A DNA stretch of 64,000 bases. Source: Candidatus Binatia bacterium (GTDB lineage Bacteria > Desulfobacterota > Binatia > HRBIN30). This document shows, piece by piece, positions 1-9,342 of this stretch (position 1 is the first letter of the stretch; the number at the start of each line of letters is the position of its first letter). The stretch covers positions 715,304 to 779,303 of the forward strand of contig JAOAHD010000007.1 in NCBI GenBank assembly GCA_026415395.1. The letters are read 5' to 3'. The position numbers and the translations under genes were made by a program. A model generated the notes under the pieces. It saw nothing but the letters and a program-made list of their open reading frames with translations, did not search any database and was not told the DNA's origin.

Positions 1-826
1 TCGCCCTAACGAGGGCTATGCTGAGGTCACGCTCGCGCTTTATCGCCCCGACGGTACAGCGCTGTTTCAGTATCAACGCCCCGCGATTACCGGCCACGAG
101 GCTTTGGACGCGGGCGGGATGCGGTTCGAGGTGCTGGAGCCAGCCCGGCATTTGCGAGTGAGTTACGCGGGGGCGGCGGTGTATTTGCAGCGGCCGTTGG
201 ATCTCGAAAATCCTCGGCAGGCCTTTACTTCCAATCCCTGGCGGCAAGTCGAATTGCAGCTCGACTATTACGGGTTGAGCCCAATGTATGGTGGAGAGAG
301 TCCGAGCGACGCGAAGAATACCGAGCTTGTGTTCGCGCGCGGCCACACCGAGCAGCACGTTCGTGCCGTGGGGGTGGTTACCGTCGATGGCGAAACGGTA
401 CCGATCAACGCCCTTGGCTTGCGCGATCACTCTTGGGGGCCACGCTCGTGGCAATCGCCGGCGTACTATCGGTGGCTGACGGCGGAGTTCGACGAGTCCT
501 TCGGTTTCATGGGCTCTTTCATTCATTTACAAAGCGGCGCGGACTTACAGTCGGGCTTCTTGTTCCGCAACGGCCGCAATGAGCTCGTCGACCGTGTCGA
601 CATCGAGACCGAGAGCGATCCGGCCACGGGTTACCACCGCAAGCTGCGCGCGCGATTACACACCGGCCGCGGTGCGGTGGAGGTCACGGGTGAGGTGATC
701 ACCATGCTCCCCCTGCGTAACCGGCGTGACGGGAAGGTCACCCGCATCGCCGAAGGGTTAACCCGTTGGCAGGTTGGCAACCAAATCGGGTACGGGTGGT
801 CGGAGTACTTGGATCAGGTCGCCTAA
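1..826 (+). CDS. hypothetical protein, 5'-truncated by window edge
   Basis: The reading frame is open from position 2 with no stop, and the TTG at 104 is internal. It ends at TAA 824-826. I recognise no family from the sequence (..RDHSWGPRSWQSPAYYRWLTAEF..). Confidence 0.5.
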   Translation, partial: RPNEGYAEVTLALYRPDGTALFQYQRPAITGHEALDAGGMRFEVLEPARHLRVSYAGAAVYLQRPLDLENPRQAFTSNPWRQVELQLDYYGLSPMYGGESPSDAKNTELVFARGHTEQHVRAVGVVTVDGETVPINALGLRDHSWGPRSWQSPAYYRWLTAEFDESFGFMGSFIHLQSGADLQSGFLFRNGRNELVDRVDIETESDPATGYHRKLRARLHTGRGAVEVTGEVITMLPLRNRRDGKVTRIAEGLTRWQVGNQIGYGWSEYLDQVA

Positions 827-1055
827 CGCCCGAGTACGTTGACGGCGAGCCCCTCCCCTGTGTGCCGTGGGGAGATCTCGGAACAGCGGGGCCGCATTTG
901 CCTCCGTTGCGTAGCCATTGGAGTCGCCGCGTTCGGAAATCGGGGTGGGAACGCGGGGTGTGCGTATGTTGATTGTTCCGGGCCGTGCTGCCATGGCTTG
1001 ACTCGTTTGGCTGCAAAGGGATTCCTGCGCTGAACTCTTTTTCACGGATACGTTT

Positions 1056-1075
1056 CGAAGCAATGAATTGCTTCG
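1056..1075. promoter_or_regulatory. perfect 9-bp inverted repeat CGAAGCAAT-GA-ATTGCTTCG (candidate operator or RNA hairpin) upstream of ssrA
   Basis: This is an exact palindrome in an intergenic region that is AT-richer than its surroundings. It lies between the upstream gene stop (826) and ssrA (1260). Confidence 0.3.
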
Positions 1076-1259
1076 CGAGGCCGTAGGACCGACGGTGCAG
1101 GACGTTGCTGGCAATGAGAATCCTCTCCCCACCCGCCGCTAGGTTGTGGGACTCAGAAGCCCGCGCGCGCTGGGGATTGCGGATTGGGATGCGAGGGATA
1201 TAGTGAAAAAGTGTTTCCTGCTGGCAATTCGGAAGTGCCGGTAGATTGTTCTTTGACAT

Positions 1260-1605
1260 GGGGGCGATTTGGGTTCGACGGGGGTCAGGAAGGTTGCGGT
1301 TGCGTGCTCGGGATCCTGGGTACCGGTCAACAACCCCAGGGCTGCTTAAACGCAGACGAACCACTTGCTTTGGCTGCCTAAGCGCAGTCACGTCTCACCA
1401 AGCCCGCGCCCGTAGGGCTGGCTGAGGCGACAGAATTCGGGCTAAGCGGCAGCGGTTGCTCATCCGCTGCCGACGAAAACCCCAGAGCTGGCCGACAGGG
1501 ATCCTGCCCGTGGGAGCCCTGCCGGCGAGAGCAAAACACGCGGCTACGCACGTAGACCCCGCCGCCGACCGCCTCCGGACGGGGGTTCGATTCCCCCCGC
1601 CTCCA
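1260..1605 (+). ncRNA. ssrA: tmRNA (transfer-messenger RNA, SsrA)
   Basis: The 5' GGGGGCG (1260-1266) pairs with the 3' CGCCTCC+A (1598-1605), including the G3:U wobble that marks tRNA-Ala identity. A T-arm GGTTCGATTCC lies at 1584-1594. The internal tag reading frame is AAC GCA GAC GAA CCA CTT GCT TTG GCT GCC TAA (1349-1381) = NADEPLALAA-stop. The 3' CCA is not encoded. Confidence 0.9.
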
Positions 1606-2285
1606 TTTCCGGTCGAAAAACCGGTTAGCGAGCGGCAGGCGAGCCGCCCGCAACAAGGCCCGGGGAGCTAGCTGGGACGCGGTTTTTTGTGTGCTGTTCA
1701 GCGAAGGTCTTGCCTCGGTAGGAGTGCAGTCGTCCTGCCCGCAGCACGACAATCATCCTGCATCCTGCTGCGGGCTACGGAATCGCCTCCTTCGGCTGCG
1801 CTCCGTCCCCGTGCTGTCACGCGCTTGACGCGCCCGGACGCGTGATGCTGCGAGCAATGCGTGCCCGCGCTCTTCGGGCGGACAAGACCACGTTCGTACG
1901 CCCCGGTTCAATACTCTCGGGCCGGCCCGATCTTGCGCCGGACAATTTCGCCGAGCGGATTCAGGCCGAGTCCCCGACGGTGAGGCCCTCGCGCCACGCG
2001 CACCCGAGGTCGTGCTGGGCAGGTCCCATGGGCCAAGGGCCTGCTCGAGTAAAGGCGACCAATGTGGTGGAACCTCGGGGACGCTAATCCGCTGAAATTT
2101 GCGAGCGAGGGCTTTGAGAACGAACAGCAGCAGATGCGCGTCACGGCATGTTTCCTCGAGCGCATCACGCTCGAGGTAGAATCCCGGCAGCAGTTTGTCA
2201 GCGCTGGCGAGGTGTGCCGCACGGTGGAGTTGCCTCGGCCGGCCATTGACATTGGTTGCGGCGCAGCCGTAGGCAGGTAGGGCCG

Positions 2286-3101
2286 ATGATTGTTGACGCA
2301 TGGATCCAGCACCCGAGCCCCGAGTTCCTACGGCACCCGCGCTTTGCCTCGCTGCGGCGCTGGGTGGGTGCCACTGAGCTGCCGGACGAAATCCCGCTGG
2401 AATTTACGCTCGCAGCGCTCGATGCCGCTGGTGTGGACCGTGCGCTGATCACTGCATGGTGGGGGCCGGAAGGGCCGGCCATCAGCAACGATGAAGTTGC
2501 CGAGCTCGTGCGCCGTGCGCCCGGGCGTCTCGTCGGCATTGCGTCCGTGGACTTGCGCTCCCCGATGGCTGCGGTGCGCGAGTTGCGTCGTTGCGTGCGC
2601 GAGCTGGGGATGCGCGGCCTTCGCGTTCTGCCCTGGCTGTGGGAACGCCCGCCGAATCACCGCTGGTACTACCCCCTTTATGTGGAGTGCATTGAGCTGG
2701 GCATCCCCTTTTGCCTTCAGGTGGGGCACACCGGGCCCTTGGGACCATCAGACCCTGGACGGCCCATTCCATATCTGGACGAGGTGGCGCTGGATTTTCC
2801 TGAGCTTGTCATCGTCGCCGGCCATATTGGCTACCCCTGGACGGAGGAGATGATCGCGCTCGCGACCAAGTACCCGAATGTTTTTATCGATACTTCGGCT
2901 TACAAACCAAAACGGTATCCACCGGCATTGCGCGAGTTTTTGCGCGGGCACGGCCGCTCCAAGGTTCTCTTTGGGAGCAACTACCCAATGATTTTCCCTG
3001 CCGACTGCCTCACCGAGATCGATTCTCTGGAACTCGACGAGCAAGCGCGCCGACTGTTTCTGGGCGAAAACGCTTGTCGCGTGTTTCGCCTCGCTGAGTG
3101 A
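2286..3101 (+). CDS. amidohydrolase-2 family (ACMSD/LigI-like metal-dependent hydrolase)
   Basis: The N-terminus reads MIVDAWIQHP..., with ..VLPWLW.. and the C-terminal ..AGHIGYPW..DTSAY..FGSNYP.. typical of PF04909. An RBS AGGTAGGG precedes the ATG at 2286; the alternative TTG at 2256 is less likely. Confidence 0.7.
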   Translation: MIVDAWIQHPSPEFLRHPRFASLRRWVGATELPDEIPLEFTLAALDAAGVDRALITAWWGPEGPAISNDEVAELVRRAPGRLVGIASVDLRSPMAAVRELRRCVRELGMRGLRVLPWLWERPPNHRWYYPLYVECIELGIPFCLQVGHTGPLGPSDPGRPIPYLDEVALDFPELVIVAGHIGYPWTEEMIALATKYPNVFIDTSAYKPKRYPPALREFLRGHGRSKVLFGSNYPMIFPADCLTEIDSLELDEQARRLFLGENACRVFRLAE

Positions 3102-3326
3102 ATCCACCGCCTGAAGCTGGGCCTTAGATTGCCAACAAATGGGGCGGCGAGTCATGGAACCCACGGTGCACACGCCTGTCACCGACGGCGCGTTGCCGTA
3201 CCAGGTGAGCTCAGTCAAATGGAGGCGAGGAGTGTCAGGCGAGTTCGTCGGGCCCGGGCATGGTGCGCCGGCGATCGCGGTGCGAAGCCAAGAGCTGCGC
3301 TGGACGACGGCCCGACTGCCCTCCCC

Positions 3327-4412
3327 TTACCGTCCCTGTTGTTTGCGGCTCGGTAACACGGCGGTCGGAAGGCTGCCGTGCTTGGCGATCAGTCGGCCAG
3401 AGAAGCTTAAAGTCGTGCGTGCGTGCTCCCAGGCAGTGCGCAGCGGTTTGCGAAACAACAGATTGAATTCCAGCATCGGGCCAACCACACACTGCGTGCA
3501 CGGCGTATCTCGGTCCCAGCTCTGCGTCCACTCCTCCGTGAGTAAATCGATGCCTTTGGTCTTGCCCTTGGTGTACGCGCAAGGGTAAGCGACACCCTGC
3601 GGGTCGATGTACAGGTAGCCGCGTCCTGCCGCGCAACGGACGTGAGCCTGATAGACTGCCGAGACTGCGAAGTCGGGCCAGGCACTCAATGCCTCCAGGT
3701 ACGGGGTCGAACTTGCGATCGGGCGGCCGCGGCGTTTTTCGTCGGCCAGCAGGCGCCAAAATTGTTGCCACTCCGCCGGTGACACCGATCCTGTCGGCTT
3801 GCCGCGCACCAGCTCGGTATCGACACACTGCGGCTGAAAATGCACTCGAAAACCGGCATCCTCGGCAATTTGGAGCAGCGGCTCGACCGCCGTGAGATTC
3901 CGTTCCGTTACGACGCAAATCGCCACCACCGGCACGCCAGCGCGAACTAAGGTGCGGGCAGCGTTGACGACACGGCCGGCGTTCGGGTCGCCCCGTGTTG
4001 CTGCGTGCACCGCCGGTGGGCCATCCAAACTCGTATACACGAGGTTGGCATCGTACAGGCAACTTCCTCGCCGCTCGAATAGCGATAGGTTCGAATTCAC
4101 GCTGATCCAGAAGCCGACTTCACGGGCCGTACGCACGATTTGTGGAAAATCGGCTCTGAGCAAGGGCTCGCCTCCCGCCAACCCTAGGCGTCGGATGCCC
4201 ATGCGGCGTAACCGCTGAAAGAGCAGGCGAATTTGCCCGAGATCGAGCTCGGTTGGATCGAGAAATGGGGAGTTACAGTAACTGCAGCGCAAGTTGCAGC
4301 GATTCGTGACCGCGAAGGTGGCAGAGAACGGGCGGGGGGAACCGTCGATGTAAAACGCCAACAGGCTCCGTGCGTAGGCAGAGGCGAGCGCAACTGTGTT
4401 AAACACCGACAT
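3327..4412 (-). CDS. radical SAM enzyme with C-terminal SPASM/twitch-like Cys cluster
   Basis: It carries the CxxxCxxC motif CNLRCSYC followed by GGEPLL. The C-terminal cysteines CAAGRGYLYIDPQGVAYPC...CTQC resemble a SPASM/twitch auxiliary cluster. Its start overlaps the upstream UbiA stop by 14 bp, which suggests an operon. Confidence 0.75.
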   Translation of the reverse strand: MSVFNTVALASAYARSLLAFYIDGSPRPFSATFAVTNRCNLRCSYCNSPFLDPTELDLGQIRLLFQRLRRMGIRRLGLAGGEPLLRADFPQIVRTAREVGFWISVNSNLSLFERRGSCLYDANLVYTSLDGPPAVHAATRGDPNAGRVVNAARTLVRAGVPVVAICVVTERNLTAVEPLLQIAEDAGFRVHFQPQCVDTELVRGKPTGSVSPAEWQQFWRLLADEKRRGRPIASSTPYLEALSAWPDFAVSAVYQAHVRCAAGRGYLYIDPQGVAYPCAYTKGKTKGIDLLTEEWTQSWDRDTPCTQCVVGPMLEFNLLFRKPLRTAWEHARTTLSFSGRLIAKHGSLPTAVLPSRKQQGR

Positions 4413-5268
4413 CCAAACGACTCAAAATGACGAGCCACAACCCACCAAAGTAAACTTTGGTGAGTAGCCACGCTGCGTTGCGGCTGGCGACGAGATAATA
4501 GGGGGCCACCGGTGTGAAGGCCGACAATGCCCCTCCCCACGGCAACTGGAAGTAGCCGGAGAGCACGACTGCCAAAAACCCACAGAGTACGAGGAGTGTG
4601 ATCGGTACAGCCGTCGCGGTGCGGGCGGCAATCGTGCCGATGCCGTTACGCGCGTCCACGCTGCGATCGACGAGGGTTTGATACACGTGGCACACCGCAG
4701 TCATAATGCCGACGAGCACAAGGATCTCGCTGCCTGTGCCGATCATGGCGGTGTAGGTGGCGCCCCAAATGCCGCACCAAATCACGTCGACGACGGGTAC
4801 GCCCTTGAGGACCAGGGAGTACGACACGTTGACAGCGAACAGCGCGACCACCGCCAGCAGCAGTGACGTGCCTCCTGCCGTGAGAGCGAGCAAGGCACAG
4901 AGCAAGTGTAACCCGACCAGTGCGGCCGCAGTGGCCGTACGCTGCGCTAGATACAACTCGACGAGCCAACGCTGCTTGCGGGGATTGTGGATGTCGGCTT
5001 TCGCGTCCCAGAAGTCGTTGAAGCCGTAAAGCGCAGCCAGGGTCAGTACCGAAAGGGCTGCCAACTGGGCCTTCGCCGCCAAGGTTCCACTGGCCACTGC
5101 CAGGAGGGATAAGTTGATCGCGAGCAATGCCCCCTCGAAGCGTTTGATCCGCTCCGCGAGCGAACCGAGGATTGCGAACGCGGCACGAGCTGCCCCAAGA
5201 AGTTCCGCATCGCTGGCGCCTTCGCGCTGGGCGCCACTTTTCGTCGCCGACTCGAGCACCGAGGCCAT
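4399..5268 (-). CDS. UbiA-family aromatic/isoprenoid prenyltransferase (polytopic membrane)
   Basis: The first Asp-rich motif is NDFWDAKAD (NDxxDxxxD) and the second is DRSVDARNGIGT. The protein has multiple hydrophobic helices. Confidence 0.7.
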   Translation of the reverse strand: MASVLESATKSGAQREGASDAELLGAARAAFAILGSLAERIKRFEGALLAINLSLLAVASGTLAAKAQLAALSVLTLAALYGFNDFWDAKADIHNPRKQRWLVELYLAQRTATAAALVGLHLLCALLALTAGGTSLLLAVVALFAVNVSYSLVLKGVPVVDVIWCGIWGATYTAMIGTGSEILVLVGIMTAVCHVYQTLVDRSVDARNGIGTIAARTATAVPITLLVLCGFLAVVLSGYFQLPWGGALSAFTPVAPYYLVASRNAAWLLTKVYFGGLWLVILSRLDVGV

Positions 5269-5376
5269 CGGACAGCCATGCTATGCCTTGACAAGATAAG
5301 TAATCAAGAGTCGCCTTGACCTTTTGCCACTCCCCATGCAGGGTGCGCATGTGCCGAGCCATGCAGTGTCCCGAGG

Positions 5377-6285
5377 ATGCACTGCGGCCGAAATGCCGCG
5401 AAAGCGGGGATGGCCTTGCTGCAACCAGCCATGCTTGCTCATGAAGGGACAACATTGACAGTTCAGTTACAACCGCCAGATACGGTGGGCATGCCCCGGC
5501 ATACAGAGGTACCGCGGGTCGACGCGGTCAGTGCGGAGGACTTCCGGCGACTTTACCTACGGCAACGCAAGCCGGTGGTTTTGCGCGGGCTCACGGTAGA
5601 CTGGTCCCCGCCAGCGTTCTGGACTTTCGATTCCCTGGCGGAGCGTTACGGCGATGCCCTCGTGGTGGCGGCGTTGCTTTCGGGCGGCACCCTCAAGGAG
5701 GATCCCCGATCCGGTGTCATCTTCGAACGTATCCTCTTGCGGGATTTCATGAGCAACGTGGCAACCCGCCGGGAGTCACACTACGTGATGGCGCCCGTGT
5801 GGAATTTTCCCGTCGAGCTTAAGCGCCACTACCGGATCCCGGTCTATTGCCAGAGTGCGCCGTACTTGCGAGCAAAACTGTGGCTCGGACGCGCGCATAC
5901 GGTGACACCGCTGCATTGGGACGTGCCGCACAATCTGATCGTGCAATTAGTGGGTCGCAAACGCTGGCTGCTTTTTCCTCGGTCAGCTTGGTTGGCGCTG
6001 TATCCTCGCGGGTTGCTCTCCGGAATGGCGAACTTTTCTCGGGTTGATCCAGAACAGCCCGATCTTCGCCGTTTCCCTCGGTTTCGTTCGGTGCAAGCTT
6101 TCGAGGCCATCGTAGAGCCCGGCGAAACCTTGTTTATTCCCCGCGGGTGGTGGCATCACACGCGGCTGTTGAACGATGCCGTCTCGCTCAACTTTTGGTG
6201 GGGCGGTTACGGTGTGGCGCTTGCCGCACGTGCTTCGCTGCTGTTCAAACGGCTACGCCGGATCCGCCAAAATGAGTGGGCGTAA
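5377..6285 (+). CDS. JmjC/cupin-8 domain protein (putative 2-oxoglutarate/Fe(II) oxygenase)
   Basis: It shows cupin-like features ..HWDVPHNLIVQLVGRKRWLLFP.. and ..LFIPRGWWHHT.. of the HxD/E...H type. The start is ambiguous (TTG 5377, or ATGs at 5410, 5431 and 5491). It is divergent from the UbiA operon. Confidence 0.6.
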   Translation: MHCGRNAAKAGMALLQPAMLAHEGTTLTVQLQPPDTVGMPRHTEVPRVDAVSAEDFRRLYLRQRKPVVLRGLTVDWSPPAFWTFDSLAERYGDALVVAALLSGGTLKEDPRSGVIFERILLRDFMSNVATRRESHYVMAPVWNFPVELKRHYRIPVYCQSAPYLRAKLWLGRAHTVTPLHWDVPHNLIVQLVGRKRWLLFPRSAWLALYPRGLLSGMANFSRVDPEQPDLRRFPRFRSVQAFEAIVEPGETLFIPRGWWHHTRLLNDAVSLNFWWGGYGVALAARASLLFKRLRRIRQNEWA

Positions 6286-6291
6286 ACTCTT

Positions 6292-8409
6292 TTAGCCGCA
6301 CGCTACGAGCCGCCAGCGCCGCGCATGGACACGCGGCTCCCAAGGTGCCTCGCTTAGCCGCGCTGCCCACACGTGACCGAGTCCAGCCCGATCCCAAACT
6401 TGGAACAACACCACCCCCGGATAAAACCTGCACAGGGACTTGCGCACATTGAAATCTTCCTCCAGGCCTGGGCTCCAAAACACCAAGTCCTTGCCATCGG
6501 CAACGAGTTGATCCACGGGCAGATGCGGCTGTTCGAGGCGCAAGTAGCCGACCGGCAAGGCCCAGCCGTACGCCGTCATCGGGCCCACGTACAACCAACG
6601 GACATCGTGGTGGAAGCCCGCGGGGTAGTCGATCACCACCGCGCGCGGTGCATCCCTGGGAGCCAAGCTTTCGAATGCAATCCCCGTAGAAGAGGCGCAC
6701 AACCACCGCTGCGGAATTTCATGACTGAGCAGCGCGCCGGCGGTGCAGCAGCCGAGCGAGGTAAGGGCCGCGACGAGGGGGCGCGTGGCATCAGGGATGT
6801 GCGCCAGTATTTGCCCCGCGCCGAGAGCTGCAATCAACGCGACCGGAACCCCCAAGCTTACAGCGTGCACCATATCGACCAAATCTACGGGCGACACGAA
6901 TGCGGGGCTCAACGCTGCGAGGAACAAGATCAACAGTTCGCGGGCTGTGGCACTGCGTTTGAAGTTGTGCACGCAGGCCAGCAAGCCAAGGGCAAAGAGG
7001 GTGGCTGTGAAGGGGTCGAAGATTGCATCGGTCCACAAACGGATGTGTAACCGGGGATGAGCAAAGGGCGCGAGCAGCGCGCCGAGAACAATATCGAGGG
7101 GGCGACGGATATCGACGCTGCGACTTCGCTCCATTAGCAGCACCGAGCCTTGACCGAGCAGTGCCCGATCGAGCGAGGCCGCAATCCCGTGGAACGAGAA
7201 GTGATGTGTACCTTCCCGCAGGGAAAATACCTCAGGTATTGCAGGCAACAGCGCAGCAGAAAAAATCAGTGCACCGGCAACCCAAGTGAGCCGATGCGTT
7301 CGCCATGTGGAGGGCCAGCGCGCGAGTACGGCAAGGCCGGCGACGCCAACAATGGGAACAACGCTTGGAAAGGTAAGGCCAAAGGCTGCGAGGGGACCAG
7401 TGCACACTAGGCTAGCCCGCGATCCGTTGAGACGAAATCGCCATACGGCAAGAAGCAGGGCCACCGTAACCACGGGGGCGAAAACAAACGGCGCAGGTAG
7501 AACTGCAAGATAATGAGTGAACGGCGAAAATAGAAATCCTGTGGTCCCAATCAGGGCCGGCAGTGCGCCTCCGATCCTCGTCGCGAGCAAAGCGAGGCCA
7601 GCGGCAGCTACCGCAAGCCAACTCATCTGTGCCAGCTGCATGCTCGCGAGGCTCGGCTCCACAAGCCCGAGTTGCCACAGGGGAACCCCCTGAAAGAGAA
7701 ACGGTAGTGCACCGAGATTGGGAAGCTCCGCATCGTATCGCTCTCCGAACAGTTTGCCGTTGCGGGCCGCGAACTGCAAAGCATCGACGAAAGCGCGCCA
7801 TTGGTCGACCGCGCGCGTCGCCTCTAGGCTGCCGAGTTCCACGCCGACAAAGAACCCGACCCAAGCGACGGTGACGAGGACGACCGGAAGTTGAGGCCGC
7901 AGGAGAGCGACTGCGGTTGGCGCAGACTGTTGTGGGCGTGGCGACGGCGACCAAAGACAGAGCGCCGGCACAAAGAGGCCGGCCAGGAACGCGAGCTGAC
8001 CGGGTAGCCCCGCGTGCTTGACCCAAGGGGCAGCGACGAACAAGGCAACCGCGAGACCTAGTGCCACGCGTTCTTGCCAAGCCGCCACGCTCGGGGTTGG
8101 GTGGAACTCGGCCGCGTCTTCAAAAGGGCGAAGATAGAAGCGGGCAAACAAGCAGGTGCAGAGCAGTAGTGCACTGAGCCGGGTTGCGATCCACCACGTC
8201 GGCACGCCTGGGAACAGCCTGCCGAGTACGTGCGCCTGCGGATTCCACTCGGTGAACTGTGCTGGAGGAGGCCACAAGAGGGGCAAAGCATAATAAAGGA
8301 ACAACAGGCCGATTATGAGAGGAACAGCCAATGGGAACCGCTTGCCGGATTGTCTCGTGCGCGATGGCTGCTTGATGGATCGCCCTGAGGGCACCTTGGC
8401 TCGTCGCAC
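6292..8409 (-). CDS. large polytopic membrane protein (>12 TM; possible GT-C-like glycosyltransferase, function unknown)
   Basis: The 705-aa protein is highly hydrophobic with many predicted helices and has a C-terminal soluble domain. I cannot assign a family. It lies downstream of Usp/TerC on the same strand. Confidence 0.45.
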   Translation of the reverse strand: MRRAKVPSGRSIKQPSRTRQSGKRFPLAVPLIIGLLFLYYALPLLWPPPAQFTEWNPQAHVLGRLFPGVPTWWIATRLSALLLCTCLFARFYLRPFEDAAEFHPTPSVAAWQERVALGLAVALFVAAPWVKHAGLPGQLAFLAGLFVPALCLWSPSPRPQQSAPTAVALLRPQLPVVLVTVAWVGFFVGVELGSLEATRAVDQWRAFVDALQFAARNGKLFGERYDAELPNLGALPFLFQGVPLWQLGLVEPSLASMQLAQMSWLAVAAAGLALLATRIGGALPALIGTTGFLFSPFTHYLAVLPAPFVFAPVVTVALLLAVWRFRLNGSRASLVCTGPLAAFGLTFPSVVPIVGVAGLAVLARWPSTWRTHRLTWVAGALIFSAALLPAIPEVFSLREGTHHFSFHGIAASLDRALLGQGSVLLMERSRSVDIRRPLDIVLGALLAPFAHPRLHIRLWTDAIFDPFTATLFALGLLACVHNFKRSATARELLILFLAALSPAFVSPVDLVDMVHAVSLGVPVALIAALGAGQILAHIPDATRPLVAALTSLGCCTAGALLSHEIPQRWLCASSTGIAFESLAPRDAPRAVVIDYPAGFHHDVRWLYVGPMTAYGWALPVGYLRLEQPHLPVDQLVADGKDLVFWSPGLEEDFNVRKSLCRFYPGVVLFQVWDRAGLGHVWAARLSEAPWEPRVHARRWRLVACG

Positions 8410-8414
8410 CCAGG

Positions 8415-9332
8415 TCAGTTCCGCGGGCGGGTAATTTCCACCGAGCAGCGTGCTCGAATTGCCATCGCGGCAGAAACGCTGCCGAGCAAAAAGCGTTGGA
8501 GAAAGTTCAGGCCGCGCGCTCCGACGAACATACAGTCTGCTCCGATGCGCTCCTGCTCTGCAATTAGCTCCCGTTTGGGATCTCCCTCAATGAGGTGGGA
8601 TGAGGCCGTGATGTTGGCCTCCCGGAGGCGTTGCTGCACGCTTTGCATCATGCGTTCGAAAGGGGCGCGGGCATCTCGATCGCGCGGGTCGAGCCACTGC
8701 CGCAGGGGAGAGTCCTCGGATGCGAGATCGCTCATCGTCCGCGGCTCGATCACCGCCACGACGAGCACCGTGGTGCCCAACGGCCAATGCCGCTGGGCGA
8801 TCGCAGCGAGGGCGGCTTCCGCGTACGGCGAGCCATCGTACGCCAGGAGAAGGCGGAGCTCGTTTGCTACTGGCTGTGGGCGAGGCCGGCCAATGCGCAC
8901 GGAGCAGTGCGCTTCGGTAGCCACCTTCAGGGAAACGCTGCCCAAGAACAGCCGGCTGGCAGCGCCCTTGCCGTGGGAGCCCACCACCAGCAAATCCGCA
9001 TTCCATTCCTCTGCCGCTTTGATCAGGCCCCATCCGGGTGAGTCGGCCCGCGCCTCCCACTGAACCTCCCAGCTCGGGAACTTTGCCCGCACGAGCCTCG
9101 CCCCGTCTTCTGCAAGCGCCGCAGCTTCGGCCAGTGCTTGCTTGGCGAGGGCTCGACCTTTGGAAACCGGATCGGGCAGCGGAATCTCGTTTTTCTCCGG
9201 CTCCGGTGGGAGCCAGACGTCGGCGACCGTGATGACTTTGGCAACCGATCCTGCCGGCAACCCGGCATAGGCAAGATCGTCCACCGCGTGGCGCGCACTG
9301 TCTGAACCGTCGTACCCAATGACAATTCTCAT
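8415..9332 (-). CDS. tandem universal stress protein (UspA x2)
   Basis: It contains two UspA modules (MRIVIGYDGS...VVGSHG..G..GSVS...; second ..LLLAYDGS...FVGARG..LGSVS..). Start at ATG 9332 is preferred over 9443. Confidence 0.75.
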   Translation of the reverse strand: MRIVIGYDGSDSARHAVDDLAYAGLPAGSVAKVITVADVWLPPEPEKNEIPLPDPVSKGRALAKQALAEAAALAEDGARLVRAKFPSWEVQWEARADSPGWGLIKAAEEWNADLLVVGSHGKGAASRLFLGSVSLKVATEAHCSVRIGRPRPQPVANELRLLLAYDGSPYAEAALAAIAQRHWPLGTTVLVVAVIEPRTMSDLASEDSPLRQWLDPRDRDARAPFERMMQSVQQRLREANITASSHLIEGDPKRELIAEQERIGADCMFVGARGLNFLQRFLLGSVSAAMAIRARCSVEITRPRN

Positions 9333-9342
9333 CTTGCCGCCC

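Noticed and set aside
839-1033. 64-aa Cys-rich plus-strand ORF between the first gene and ssrA
   Set aside because: It has no RBS and no family resemblance, and Cys-rich translations arise readily from GC-rich DNA, so there is insufficient support.
1606-1700. Rho-independent terminator after ssrA
   Set aside because: A short GC hairpin (GCGGCaggcgaGCCGC) and a T6 run (~1686-1691) exist but are not contiguous in canonical stem-plus-U-tract form, so it is not reported as a feature.
1753-2301. 182-aa minus-strand ORF downstream of ssrA
   Set aside because: The C-terminal half is Arg/Ser/Pro-rich, which is typical of shadow ORFs. There is no RBS and no recognisable domain, and GC3 bias is unconvincing. 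It may be non-coding or a decayed remnant, so it is kept only as part of the tmRNA-downstream finding.
3235-5455. ORFs 3235..4062(-) and 4646..5455(-) overlapping the rSAM/UbiA genes in other frames
   Set aside because: The motif-bearing frames (CxxxCxxC; NDxxDxxxD) explain the locus, and the overlapping frames are low-complexity.
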